From positions 1 to 64,000 of the IMG/VR virus record IMGVR_UViG_3300046777_002520: a stretch of DNA of 64,000 nt. One strand, given 5' to 3'. Positions 15,371-24,259 of the stretch are shown here, in pieces (the first letter of the stretch is position 1; each line of letters opens with the position of its first letter). Under the pieces are notes generated by a model that had not been told where the DNA came from, searched no databases, and was given only the letters and a program-made list of their open reading frames with translations. Made by a program: the position numbers and the translations under genes. Source of the stretch: a virus.

Positions 15371-16822
15371 GTGTCCAACATCATTGCTGTCGTAGGTGAT
15401 TCAGTTCTTGATCACTATGTACACGGGGATGTCCACAGGATCTCGCCAGAAGCTCCTGTGCCTGTGGTCCACACCAAGTACGACATGTATTGCCCTGGTG
15501 GAGCCGCACACGTGGCTTCGTCAGTACAGGCTCTCAACTTTCCTTGCATTCTGTTCTCGCCCGTAGGACCAGACTCAGAGGCAAGTCGTCTGCTGTTTGC
15601 TTTGGACACCATGAACGTTGTGGTCAGCTCAACAGCGCTGTCAGAGTACAGTACTCCAGTCAAAACTCGCATTATGGTTGGAGGTTCCCAGGTACTGCGC
15701 TTTGACAAGGAAACAAAAGCTTTTGACTCGCCAACTTACAGCAGCTTTAGCGATAACGTTATCTTCAAGCTTAAGGCAACTTTGAAAGACCTTAAGGCCA
15801 TCATCGTATCTGATTACGCTAAAGGCGCTATAAGTCCGCACCTTTGCAACGCTATTCAAGGCTTACGCATAGTCAGTCCAAACACTTTTCTTTTTGTTGA
15901 TGCCAAGCCTGAGAGCCTTCTGGCGTGGACACAAGCGGACTGCGTAACGCCTAATTTTTCTGAGGCTTGCTCCGTCCTGGGCATCGACTCAAGGACAGCT
16001 TCTGCCAAGAGCGACAGCTTTTGTGAAGGCCTGGCCAAGGCTTTGGCAGAGAAGCTTCCAAACCTGTCTTTGGCCGTTGTGACCAGAGCCCAGAACGGCT
16101 GCAGCTGGTACGACAGGAACACCAACAAGTCTGGAAGTCTGCCAGCCTTCACCACCTGCAAGAGCGACGTCATTGGCGCAGGCGACACCTTTATAGCCGC
16201 CCTGGCTGTGGCCATCTGCGAGGGCAGGGATGTTCGCGACGCTCTTGTGTTCGCCAACTCGGCCAGCGCGTTGGCCGTCTCCAAGCCTGGCACCTCCGTG
16301 GTCCACAGGATGGAGCTGGACATGTTCATGGCCAGACCCACTCAGCTCAGTTCGCTAGCCAAGCTGATGTCACAGCAGGCAGCCATCTCCTGGGCTCAGC
16401 AACTCCGATCTACCAACGAGAAGATTGTATTCGCCAACGGCTGTTTCGACCTACTGCACGCAGGCCACGTGCATATGCTCGAACAGGCTAAATTCGCTGG
16501 TGGCTATCTTCTCGTTGGTCTGAACAGTGACGCCAGCGTCAAAGCGCTAAAGGGGGCAGAGCGTCCCTTTGTCAACGCGGCAAACAGAGCCAGGATGGTA
16601 GCGGCTCTGGAGTGCGTTGACGCCGTCGTCACATTCGAGCAAAACGAGCTTGTTCCGCTGATTCAGTCGGTCAAACCAGATGTTCTGGTGAAGGGTTCCG
16701 AGTACGCTGGCTCGGATATACCTGGCGCTGACTTTGTGCAAAACAACGGTGGACAGGTGCTGCTTGTAGATATGGCAGCAGGCCTGTCCACCACGAGCAC
16801 AGCCCAGATTGTCAGGGGGTAG
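15371..16822 (+). CDS. hldE: Bifunctional heptose-7-phosphate kinase / heptose-1-phosphate adenylyltransferase (HldE/RfaE)
   Basis: PfkB kinase domain (VVGDSVLDHY.HGDV.RISPEAPVPV; DVIGAGDTF) plus cytidylyltransferase domain (VFANGCFDLLHAGHV; LLVGLNSDASV..LKG..RP). Confidence 0.93.
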   Translation: MSNIIAVVGDSVLDHYVHGDVHRISPEAPVPVVHTKYDMYCPGGAAHVASSVQALNFPCILFSPVGPDSEASRLLFALDTMNVVVSSTALSEYSTPVKTRIMVGGSQVLRFDKETKAFDSPTYSSFSDNVIFKLKATLKDLKAIIVSDYAKGAISPHLCNAIQGLRIVSPNTFLFVDAKPESLLAWTQADCVTPNFSEACSVLGIDSRTASAKSDSFCEGLAKALAEKLPNLSLAVVTRAQNGCSWYDRNTNKSGSLPAFTTCKSDVIGAGDTFIAALAVAICEGRDVRDALVFANSASALAVSKPGTSVVHRMELDMFMARPTQLSSLAKLMSQQAAISWAQQLRSTNEKIVFANGCFDLLHAGHVHMLEQAKFAGGYLLVGLNSDASVKALKGAERPFVNAANRARMVAALECVDAVVTFEQNELVPLIQSVKPDVLVKGSEYAGSDIPGADFVQNNGGQVLLVDMAAGLSTTSTAQIVRG

Positions 16823-17444
16823 GCTTGTAGATCTTGTCCAGCTCTTTGCTGACTTCTTCTGTCAGTTCCACACCCAGCTCTGTTGCCAGCATCTTTGTTG
16901 TCTTTTCCGTATCGTCCAGCAGCGTGTTGACGTCCATGTGCAGGACCTTGCTGCTCTCTTCTTTGTTGGTCAGGTAGAACCGCTCCGTGTTGAGCGACCT
17001 GGCAACAATGTACTTACCAAGAAGACTGGAGGCCTCTTCAAGCGTCCAACTTCTGTCCGACCTGGCAATTTCCAAGGCGCTGTGGTGAGGTTGCCTCATG
17101 CTGATGATCACTTTGAAATCAACGCCCTTTTCCTTGAGTATCTGCGCAAACTCAAAGAACGTCATGCACAGCATAGAGTCGTGCATGACCCAGTTGTTTC
17201 CTTCCTTGATTTTGTCGTCAACGTACACAGCCATAGGTTCTGCTGCGTGCTTGGCCATTTCAAGTGATATTTTCGGCTTGTGTGCCCTGTCACAAACCAG
17301 GTGATTTATCGCCACCAGATTCCAGTCGCTTGTGGAGTCAGCAGGTATACCAGGTGCTTTGAAGCCCATGGCCATCAGCGTCTTAGCGATAAGACCGCCA
17401 CCGCCAGCAGGAGGACTAACAACCATGACGCACTTGATTGACAT
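16812..17444 (-). CDS. Sulfotransferase-like / P-loop fold protein
   Basis: N-terminal VSPPAGGGGLIAKTL loop, KVIISMRQP (compare I...R.P) and LHMDVNTLL; divergent. Confidence 0.5.
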   Translation of the reverse strand: MSIKCVMVVSPPAGGGGLIAKTLMAMGFKAPGIPADSTSDWNLVAINHLVCDRAHKPKISLEMAKHAAEPMAVYVDDKIKEGNNWVMHDSMLCMTFFEFAQILKEKGVDFKVIISMRQPHHSALEIARSDRSWTLEEASSLLGKYIVARSLNTERFYLTNKEESSKVLHMDVNTLLDDTEKTTKMLATELGVELTEEVSKELDKIYKPTP

Positions 17445-17623
17445 TACTTATTCTCCAGTTTAGTCTTCCTACACGGTCCTTTAAGCTCTCCACGCATGAC
17501 CGGTATATCTTTTGGAGCTACAATGCCCAGCTTGACAGACCCGTCTTTGATTATTAAAACTTCTACCACTATGTTTTCGTTTATTCTTACTATCTGCCTA
17601 GGACGCCTTGTCACAACGAGCAT
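17444..17623 (-). CDS. csrA: Second CsrA/RsmA homologue
   Basis: MLVVTRRPRQIVRINENIVVEVL.IKDGSVKLGIVAPKDIPVMRGEL; AAAGGAG RBS before the ATG at 17623. Confidence 0.9.
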   Translation of the reverse strand: MLVVTRRPRQIVRINENIVVEVLIIKDGSVKLGIVAPKDIPVMRGELKGPCRKTKLENK

Positions 17624-17698
17624 CTTGAACTCCTTTCGACGTGCCTCTTGGGACATTGTATAGAGCTTCGTTTGTACTTCAACCCAGGAGAGACATTT

Positions 17699-18835
17699 AT
17701 GCCCGTGACTCCCCTTATGGTGCTATCTTCAGACTGGCATCTCAGTCCTTTCTCGTGGAAGAAGCATCCTAACGTTCACAGAGATTCTTACTATTCGCTG
17801 CAGCAGATAGCTGACCTGTGTATTCAGCTCAACGTTCCGCTGATCGCTGCCGGTGACCTCTTCGACATCAAGCACCCGCCAAGCGAATCGGTGGTGTTCT
17901 GTGTCGAACAGATGGCCAGGCTTCAGCGAGTAGGTTTACCGGTTTACTACGTTCAAGGTCAACATGAGCTGTCAGAAATTCCGTGGATGAGCCTGTGTCC
18001 AAACGCCACGCACATAGACAGCTTCAAGGCTGACCTGAACTTCAAGACCTTTGACATACAGGGTTTGCGCGTCGCAGGTCAGGACATCGAGTTCTCAGGA
18101 GCCAGGTTCTCCGACCAGTGCAGGGAGATGCACGCACAGGCAGGGTCAGACAAGTTTGACCTGTATGTCACGCATCAAGTGTGGGCTGACTTCATCAAGA
18201 AGAGCGATGAAAGCTTCATGTTCAAGCACGCAACCTTCGCTAAGGTTGTCTACACAGGAGACTTCCACAAAACGGAAGTGCTTAACATAGATGGGACTGA
18301 CTGCTTGTCTTCAGGTTCCATCAACATGCAGGCTACCAACGAGCCTCCGCACAAATTTGTGTTTATTCTGAATAGCGATCTTAGCTGGACACAGTACAGA
18401 CTAAAGACAAGACCTTTTGCGCTATTTGAGTTACGATCCGAAAAGTATTTCAACGCTTTGATGGACGTGACTAACGAAGAGTTGCTGGCTGAGTGGCCGC
18501 ACAAAGACTTGCCAGAACACATAGCTACTCCGCTTGTTTGTGTTCGTTATCAAAACAATATTCCAAACGCATACGACCTGTTGTGTAACAAGTTCCAGAG
18601 CTGGAATTACGAAATCATTCCGACTGACTTCAATTCAAGCGAGGTCACGGCAGCTGTGGAGCGTAAACACATACAGGAGCTTGTCGATATTTCTGAGTGC
18701 GTGTCGCAGACGGGGTTCTCCGAAAGCACCGTCGCACACAAGGATGCTGTACGCATCTTCAACTCGGGTAACGTCGAGCATGAGCTTTTGGAAATGCGCA
18801 AAGAGCATCTCGAAGGAGCTGTAAATGTTTCTTAA
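17699..18835 (+). CDS. SbcD/Mre11-like (gp47-like) metallophosphoesterase nuclease
   Basis: SDWHL, AGDLFD, GQHE and TGDFH motifs. Confidence 0.85.
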   Translation: MPVTPLMVLSSDWHLSPFSWKKHPNVHRDSYYSLQQIADLCIQLNVPLIAAGDLFDIKHPPSESVVFCVEQMARLQRVGLPVYYVQGQHELSEIPWMSLCPNATHIDSFKADLNFKTFDIQGLRVAGQDIEFSGARFSDQCREMHAQAGSDKFDLYVTHQVWADFIKKSDESFMFKHATFAKVVYTGDFHKTEVLNIDGTDCLSSGSINMQATNEPPHKFVFILNSDLSWTQYRLKTRPFALFELRSEKYFNALMDVTNEELLAEWPHKDLPEHIATPLVCVRYQNNIPNAYDLLCNKFQSWNYEIIPTDFNSSEVTAAVERKHIQELVDISECVSQTGFSESTVAHKDAVRIFNSGNVEHELLEMRKEHLEGAVNVS

Positions 18836-20951
18836 GAAAGTCAGACTGCGTAACTTCTGCCAGCACATAGACAGGACAGTCGAGTTTCAGAAGGGTCTGA
18901 ACGTAATTGTCGGACCCAACGGCAGCGGCAAGTCCAACATTCTCAACGCTGTCTACGGTGCCCTGACCGGCGACTTCGGCAGAAACTCTGGCAAGGCAGC
19001 CGAGAACATCTCGCTGAACTCAGACGGCGGTGAGTCAGGCGTTGACCTGCACTTCTCCCACAACAGCCAGGACCTCAGACTGGTGCGCAGGCTGGACCCA
19101 ACGGACAGGCAACTGTACGTCAACGACAAGGTCTACACCTCCGACAAGGAAGTGGCCGAGAAGCTTCTGCACATTCTCGAAGTGGACAAAGAGATTCTCG
19201 GACAGTACGTCTTTGTCGAGCAGTGGGACAACTTCGGTCCTCTCGCGCTGTCTGCAGCCAAACGTATCTCGGCGTTCCAAAAGCTGTTCAAGATCGAGCA
19301 GCTCAACAAGATCGGTGACAACCTGTCTGACGGCAGCCTCAAGCTTGCCACCGTCGGAGTGAACGCGAGCAGCTTGCAGGACCTCAATGCCAATCTGATC
19401 AAGGCCGAGCAGGCTGTCGTGGACCTGACTACCAAGCTGTCCACCATGCCTCTGGAAGCGGACTTGGATGCTGAGATCCTTCGCAACAGCGACATCGTCA
19501 GCCTGTGGGATCGCAAGACAAAGCTTGAGAACTCCGTCACCAGCCGACTTGAGACCATCAAGAAGCTGGAGAAGGATAAACAAGACCACGAGGTGAAGCT
19601 CAAGAGCCTTACCGATGAGTTGCTCAGCCTGCACGACCTGATCGACCAGCTGGAGGCGTCTGCCGAAGAGGCGTCAAAGATCGAGGCGCTTTGGGTCAAG
19701 TACGACAACTACCTGGATCAGAAGAAAAAGGCAGAGAAGGCCCTGGCGCTTATCGAGGCTGAGAGGCTGCTGAACCCAGAGCCACAACAGCCTGAGGACT
19801 ATCTGACAGACGCAGAGGCTGTAGCCCTGACTCTTGACAGCCTGAAGTTCAAGCAGAAGCAGCACACTCAGTTCCTTTCGTCCATCAACCCAGACGATGA
19901 CTCTGCCAGCTGTCCAACCTGCGGCACGCCAGCCAAGAACCTCAAGGACAAATGGCTGAAGGCTAAGGACGAACTGACAGAACTGTCCGACAGCATCACC
20001 AAACTGACAAGCCAGCTGGCCAGCACCGCCCTCTACGACAAGAAGGCTGCGTTGCATCAGGCCTGGAAAGTCAACTTCATGCGTCGCAAGGAGACGGCAG
20101 AGCGCGTTCTTGCCGAAGTGTCTGAGGTGGAACAGCCATCCGTATCCAGGGATGAAGCCAAAGAAATTTTGAATAAAAGGAAAATACTGAAAGATTCGTT
20201 CATTGACGTCGGTAACAAGATAAACGTTTTGGACGTTTCTGGCGGCAAGATCGCGGTAGCTTTGGAGCATCAAAACGCCGAGATGACCAAGGAGCTGAAC
20301 GAGCTCACCAGCTATTCCGATCTGGACGAGAACAGTGTCAACTCTTCAAATACCCGTATTTCTGAGCTGAAAGCTGTGAAAGGCAGCATTCAAAGGCTCA
20401 ACACCGACATCGCTTTGGCCGAGGCTGAAGTGACTAATTGTAAGCAAAGGATAGCTACAGCAAACGAGCAAGTGCGCTTAGCTTCCCTGCACGATTCCTG
20501 GAACGAGCGCGTTGACAATTTGAAGAAAGTTTTCAGGTACAACGCTCTGCCTATGGTGCTGTCTTACAAGTACATGGCAAAGGTTGTTACAGAGCTTAAT
20601 GATACGTTGGCTCAGATTGGCGTTCCGTTTAATATAGAGTTAGAGCAAGACCTATCATTCACTGCGAATTTTGGGTCTAAGAAGGTTCCAGCAGCCAGGC
20701 TGTCTGGCGGTCAGAAAGTCATACTGACCATCGCCTACAGGCTGGCTGTGAACTCAACCTTCGCTTCAAACTTGGGGTTACTGTGTCTTGACGAACCCAC
20801 GGTGGGTTTGGACGAGGCTAACCTAGGGGCTTTGGAGAAAGCGTTTGACCGACTGAAACAATTTTCCGCATCCAACGGTGTCCAGATCCTCGTCGTAACT
20901 CACGAGAAGAACATTGGACACCTGTTTGACCACACAATAGACCTGGCTTAG
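18825..20951 (+). CDS. SbcC/Rad50-like (gp46-like) ABC ATPase
   Basis: GPNGSGKS Walker A, coiled coil with CPTCG zinc hook, LSGGQK signature, LDEPT, VTHE. Confidence 0.92.
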   Translation: MFLKKVRLRNFCQHIDRTVEFQKGLNVIVGPNGSGKSNILNAVYGALTGDFGRNSGKAAENISLNSDGGESGVDLHFSHNSQDLRLVRRLDPTDRQLYVNDKVYTSDKEVAEKLLHILEVDKEILGQYVFVEQWDNFGPLALSAAKRISAFQKLFKIEQLNKIGDNLSDGSLKLATVGVNASSLQDLNANLIKAEQAVVDLTTKLSTMPLEADLDAEILRNSDIVSLWDRKTKLENSVTSRLETIKKLEKDKQDHEVKLKSLTDELLSLHDLIDQLEASAEEASKIEALWVKYDNYLDQKKKAEKALALIEAERLLNPEPQQPEDYLTDAEAVALTLDSLKFKQKQHTQFLSSINPDDDSASCPTCGTPAKNLKDKWLKAKDELTELSDSITKLTSQLASTALYDKKAALHQAWKVNFMRRKETAERVLAEVSEVEQPSVSRDEAKEILNKRKILKDSFIDVGNKINVLDVSGGKIAVALEHQNAEMTKELNELTSYSDLDENSVNSSNTRISELKAVKGSIQRLNTDIALAEAEVTNCKQRIATANEQVRLASLHDSWNERVDNLKKVFRYNALPMVLSYKYMAKVVTELNDTLAQIGVPFNIELEQDLSFTANFGSKKVPAARLSGGQKVILTIAYRLAVNSTFASNLGLLCLDEPTVGLDEANLGALEKAFDRLKQFSASNGVQILVVTHEKNIGHLFDHTIDLA

Positions 20952-20966
20952 GTCTAAGGAGGCACC

Positions 20967-21971
20967 ATGGGTGTCCTTACTAATGAGACTACCACACTCA
21001 AACTTTACAACTCACTTGATGACGAGGTGTGGTATATCTCTGGTAACGGCACTCCAAGGCCGTCCAACATTCTTTATGACGAGTACTGCGACAACCCGTC
21101 ATTCCTGAACAAGAAGCTGACTGTGCGTCTAGTCGGTGACGCCAGGAATGCCAAACTTGTCAGCACCATGTACGAAGCCAAGGTGCGTGGCGAGATCAAG
21201 GACGTGCAAGTCTGCAGTCCGCAGGTCGAATGGATCAACCTGGACGAGTACTGTCCCGAGAAAGTTCTTCTCAACATGCGCAGGTGGAAGTACCCGTCTA
21301 CGCTGGGTGGGTTTCATAGCGTTACAAAGGACGAACATATTGTCTATACGCTGTCGCACATGATGGCTGGTGAAGGAGCTGTTGCTTCTAACCTGGACAT
21401 GTTTATGGCTCTTTACGAAGAGCATCCTTTGTTTAACTACATGAACTTCATACCTGGCGTCAATCAACACGCCTGCATGTTGATAGTCGCTTCTACGCTC
21501 GACCCCAGGTGGTTCACAGATCTGTTTTTTCCCAACAAGCTGTCAAAGTATTATGACTACATGGGTGTCAACAAGCTCAAGCAAAACTTGAGTGAGAACT
21601 CTGATACCCGTGGTGGAGCAATAACAAAAGCTCAACGCAGGGGTTTTGTGATAAGCGCTTGGCAGGCCTACAAGAATTGGGACAAGATGCTTATCACGCC
21701 TGAGTCTGGCAAGTCAGACTTTTTGCTAGGCACCTACTTCAATGTCGCCACCTCTTTCGTCGGCAACAAGCCGATTGAGAGCAAGGAATACTTTGACGAA
21801 GCTATTCTGGCAACATGCCAGAAGTTTTTGGCTTACCTGCATGGTTGCTGGCTGAACCTGCTGTATCCGATGCCCAACGCCTGGAATGAACCCCTGTTTG
21901 TTCCAGAACACTTTTTCCCTGCACCGGAAGAAGTCCAGCGGTTTCGGGAAACTTTCTGTAAGAAAACCTAA
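20967..21971 (+). CDS. Hypothetical protein with a possible degenerate IS110/Transposase_20-like HhH segment
   Basis: HPLFNYMNFIPGVNQHACMLIVASTLDPRWF...KLSKYYDYMGV resembles the L..IPGIG...A..I.A.I.D..RF....L..Y.GL pattern. Confidence 0.45.
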   Translation: MGVLTNETTTLKLYNSLDDEVWYISGNGTPRPSNILYDEYCDNPSFLNKKLTVRLVGDARNAKLVSTMYEAKVRGEIKDVQVCSPQVEWINLDEYCPEKVLLNMRRWKYPSTLGGFHSVTKDEHIVYTLSHMMAGEGAVASNLDMFMALYEEHPLFNYMNFIPGVNQHACMLIVASTLDPRWFTDLFFPNKLSKYYDYMGVNKLKQNLSENSDTRGGAITKAQRRGFVISAWQAYKNWDKMLITPESGKSDFLLGTYFNVATSFVGNKPIESKEYFDEAILATCQKFLAYLHGCWLNLLYPMPNAWNEPLFVPEHFFPAPEEVQRFRETFCKKT

Positions 21972-22054
21972 AACGTTTTTCTTACAAAATCGTACTCTTC
22001 TATGTTGGCGCTCCCCGTGCCGACATAGAAACCCTTTTGTCTTTGGAGTGTATC

Positions 22055-23560
22055 ATGTCGTCCGCAAGATTTAATCTCAACAAAAAAGGAAACCTGGCCG
22101 AGCTGGATCTTGTCAGCGGAGAGCTTCCCCCAGGTCTGATGCACAAGATCGAAAGCCAGCTGACTTACACGCACGTATCGCAGGTGCGCGGCCCAGACGC
22201 TTACAAGCGAGGTGGGTACAGCCCGTTTCAATCCGAGGAGGTCAAGCTGTTTGCTTACTCGGAAGAAGGGCGTCTGATTTTTCCTAAGGGCTTCACCAGC
22301 AGGGTTTACACGCTGTGTCTTGAAGCTGGAGCGTCTGTGAACGTTGTCAGCTTCCCTCCCCCTGTAGCCACCCCCAACAGGTTCAGTGTTGATTTTGGTC
22401 GCATCTTTTCCCGCATGGACTTGAAGGCCAAGCAGGACGAGTGCGTTGCAGCCGTGTCGATCAGCGACGGAGGTATCGTCGTAGCGCCGACAGGCTTCGG
22501 CAAGTCATTCCTTTTCGGCGCTATCTGTCTGATGTTTCCCAACGCTCGCATTCACGTTGTCACAAAGCGCAAGGACGTTATGAAGCGCTTGATCAGGCAC
22601 CTGATCAAATTCATTCCAGATGTGGGTCAGGTCGGTGGTGGTCAGAGGGCCTGGGGCAGGGTCACGGTCATAACTGCTGACTCTCTACACCTGGTGGACC
22701 ACACTCCAGGAGAGTCGGCTGACATCGTGCTCTATGACGAGGTACACGAAGCGGCTGCTCCGTCTTACTCTGTTGAGTTATCCAAGTACCAGCACGCCAG
22801 AATGTTTGGGTTCACCGCGACACCAGAAGGCCGTTTCGACGGAGCGCATCACAGGCTTGAGGGCTTGTTCGGTCCACGCATCTTCGAGATGACCTACCAG
22901 GAAGCCGTGCAACACGGACTGGTTTTGCCAGTTCGCGTCGAGTGGCTGGATGTGCGCATGGCCGTCAATCCCTGCGAGTTCAAGAAAGATACTGCGAAGG
23001 AACGCTGGGGCATCTGGCGTAACCCTGTGCGCAACAAACTGATAGCTGACAGGGCCAGAGAGTTCGACGATGAGGACCAGGTGCTCATCCTTGTCAGGAC
23101 TTTGGAGCACGCGGTTTACTTGAAGCAGGAACTTCCAGACTTCAAGCTGTGCTATGACAAGATGGACAGCGACCAGCATGAGGCTCTGGTAAAGAAAGGT
23201 ATGCTTGATAGCCTGACCGAGCCGCCCATGACTCCACAGATACGTGATAAAATGTCCAAGGACTTTGAAGCAGGCACGTTGAAAAAAGTGATAGCCACAG
23301 ACGTATGGTCTACTGGCGTTGACTTTCCTCAACTGTCTGTGCTTATTAGGGCAGACGCTAGAGCCAGCGAGATCATGGATGTGCAGGCTCCTGGTAGGGT
23401 TGTGCGTAGGCATGACCCGTCTGGCAAAGATCACGGTTTGGTGATTGACTGCATGGACTATTTCGACAACGCCTTCTTCAGGCGTAGTCAGGAACGCAAG
23501 AGAACATATGTCAGGCAGGGTTGGGAACAACCACCCAGCAGGGCTAGAGGTAAACTGTGA
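22055..23560 (+). CDS. Superfamily 2 helicase (UvsW/Rad25-like)
   Basis: APTGFGKS, DEVH, FTATP, TDVWSTGVDFP, QAPGRVVR. Confidence 0.92.
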   Translation: MSSARFNLNKKGNLAELDLVSGELPPGLMHKIESQLTYTHVSQVRGPDAYKRGGYSPFQSEEVKLFAYSEEGRLIFPKGFTSRVYTLCLEAGASVNVVSFPPPVATPNRFSVDFGRIFSRMDLKAKQDECVAAVSISDGGIVVAPTGFGKSFLFGAICLMFPNARIHVVTKRKDVMKRLIRHLIKFIPDVGQVGGGQRAWGRVTVITADSLHLVDHTPGESADIVLYDEVHEAAAPSYSVELSKYQHARMFGFTATPEGRFDGAHHRLEGLFGPRIFEMTYQEAVQHGLVLPVRVEWLDVRMAVNPCEFKKDTAKERWGIWRNPVRNKLIADRAREFDDEDQVLILVRTLEHAVYLKQELPDFKLCYDKMDSDQHEALVKKGMLDSLTEPPMTPQIRDKMSKDFEAGTLKKVIATDVWSTGVDFPQLSVLIRADARASEIMDVQAPGRVVRRHDPSGKDHGLVIDCMDYFDNAFFRRSQERKRTYVRQGWEQPPSRARGKL

Positions 23561-23561
23561 T

Positions 23562-24245
23562 ATGCGGAGCGACACGGAAAATCAGTTGCACCAAAGGGTA
23601 AGACAGACATACGTGTCGGAAAGAAGGAAGTTTGAATCAAGACTGACAGGTAGACCCAGCTCTTACGGATTATCGCCAATGCCCAAATGGGATGGCACAG
23701 ACGACGTAAGGCCTGGGTCTACAAGAAGGGGTGTTCAAGACAGATACGGTAAAAGCTATAAACCTATATGGCCAAAGATAGCTGAGTTTGCTCTGAAATC
23801 TGGCGTAGATCCCATAGAGCTTATCCGTACAAGGTTTGCCACAACCAGAGGTCCCAGACCCCCTGAACCTACCGACTGTATGTCCAAGTCTGCTTTGGAC
23901 TTGTGTATAAACGACGCTGTACCTGTTGACGAGCTTAACCAACAGTTGTACGAATACTTTAAAAACCTAGAGATAGAAGCGGAGAATCGCAGTGTTTACA
24001 TATCTCGCCACGGCTGGACCCCAGAAAAAGTTGTCAGTAGTATTGTTCGTGACTTAACCCTTCCATTTTCCCCATTGTTCAGGCATCATCTGGCAGTCGT
24101 CAACGGAATAGACGACATGGTTCAGATGACCAGGTCGCCTGCGCTTATTGAGTACCTTAGGCAAAAGAAGTCTTACGATAAGTCTCTTTGGAAAGAAATC
24201 ATACCCAAAGATCTTGTTGATGAGGCCGAGCTTGCCCTTGTTTAA
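23562..24245 (+). CDS. Hypothetical protein (replication module)
   Basis: Start moved to ATG 23562, right after the helicase stop. Confidence 0.7.
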   Translation: MRSDTENQLHQRVRQTYVSERRKFESRLTGRPSSYGLSPMPKWDGTDDVRPGSTRRGVQDRYGKSYKPIWPKIAEFALKSGVDPIELIRTRFATTRGPRPPEPTDCMSKSALDLCINDAVPVDELNQQLYEYFKNLEIEAENRSVYISRHGWTPEKVVSSIVRDLTLPFSPLFRHHLAVVNGIDDMVQMTRSPALIEYLRQKKSYDKSLWKEIIPKDLVDEAELALV

Positions 24246-24259
24246 TCACGGAGGTTTGT

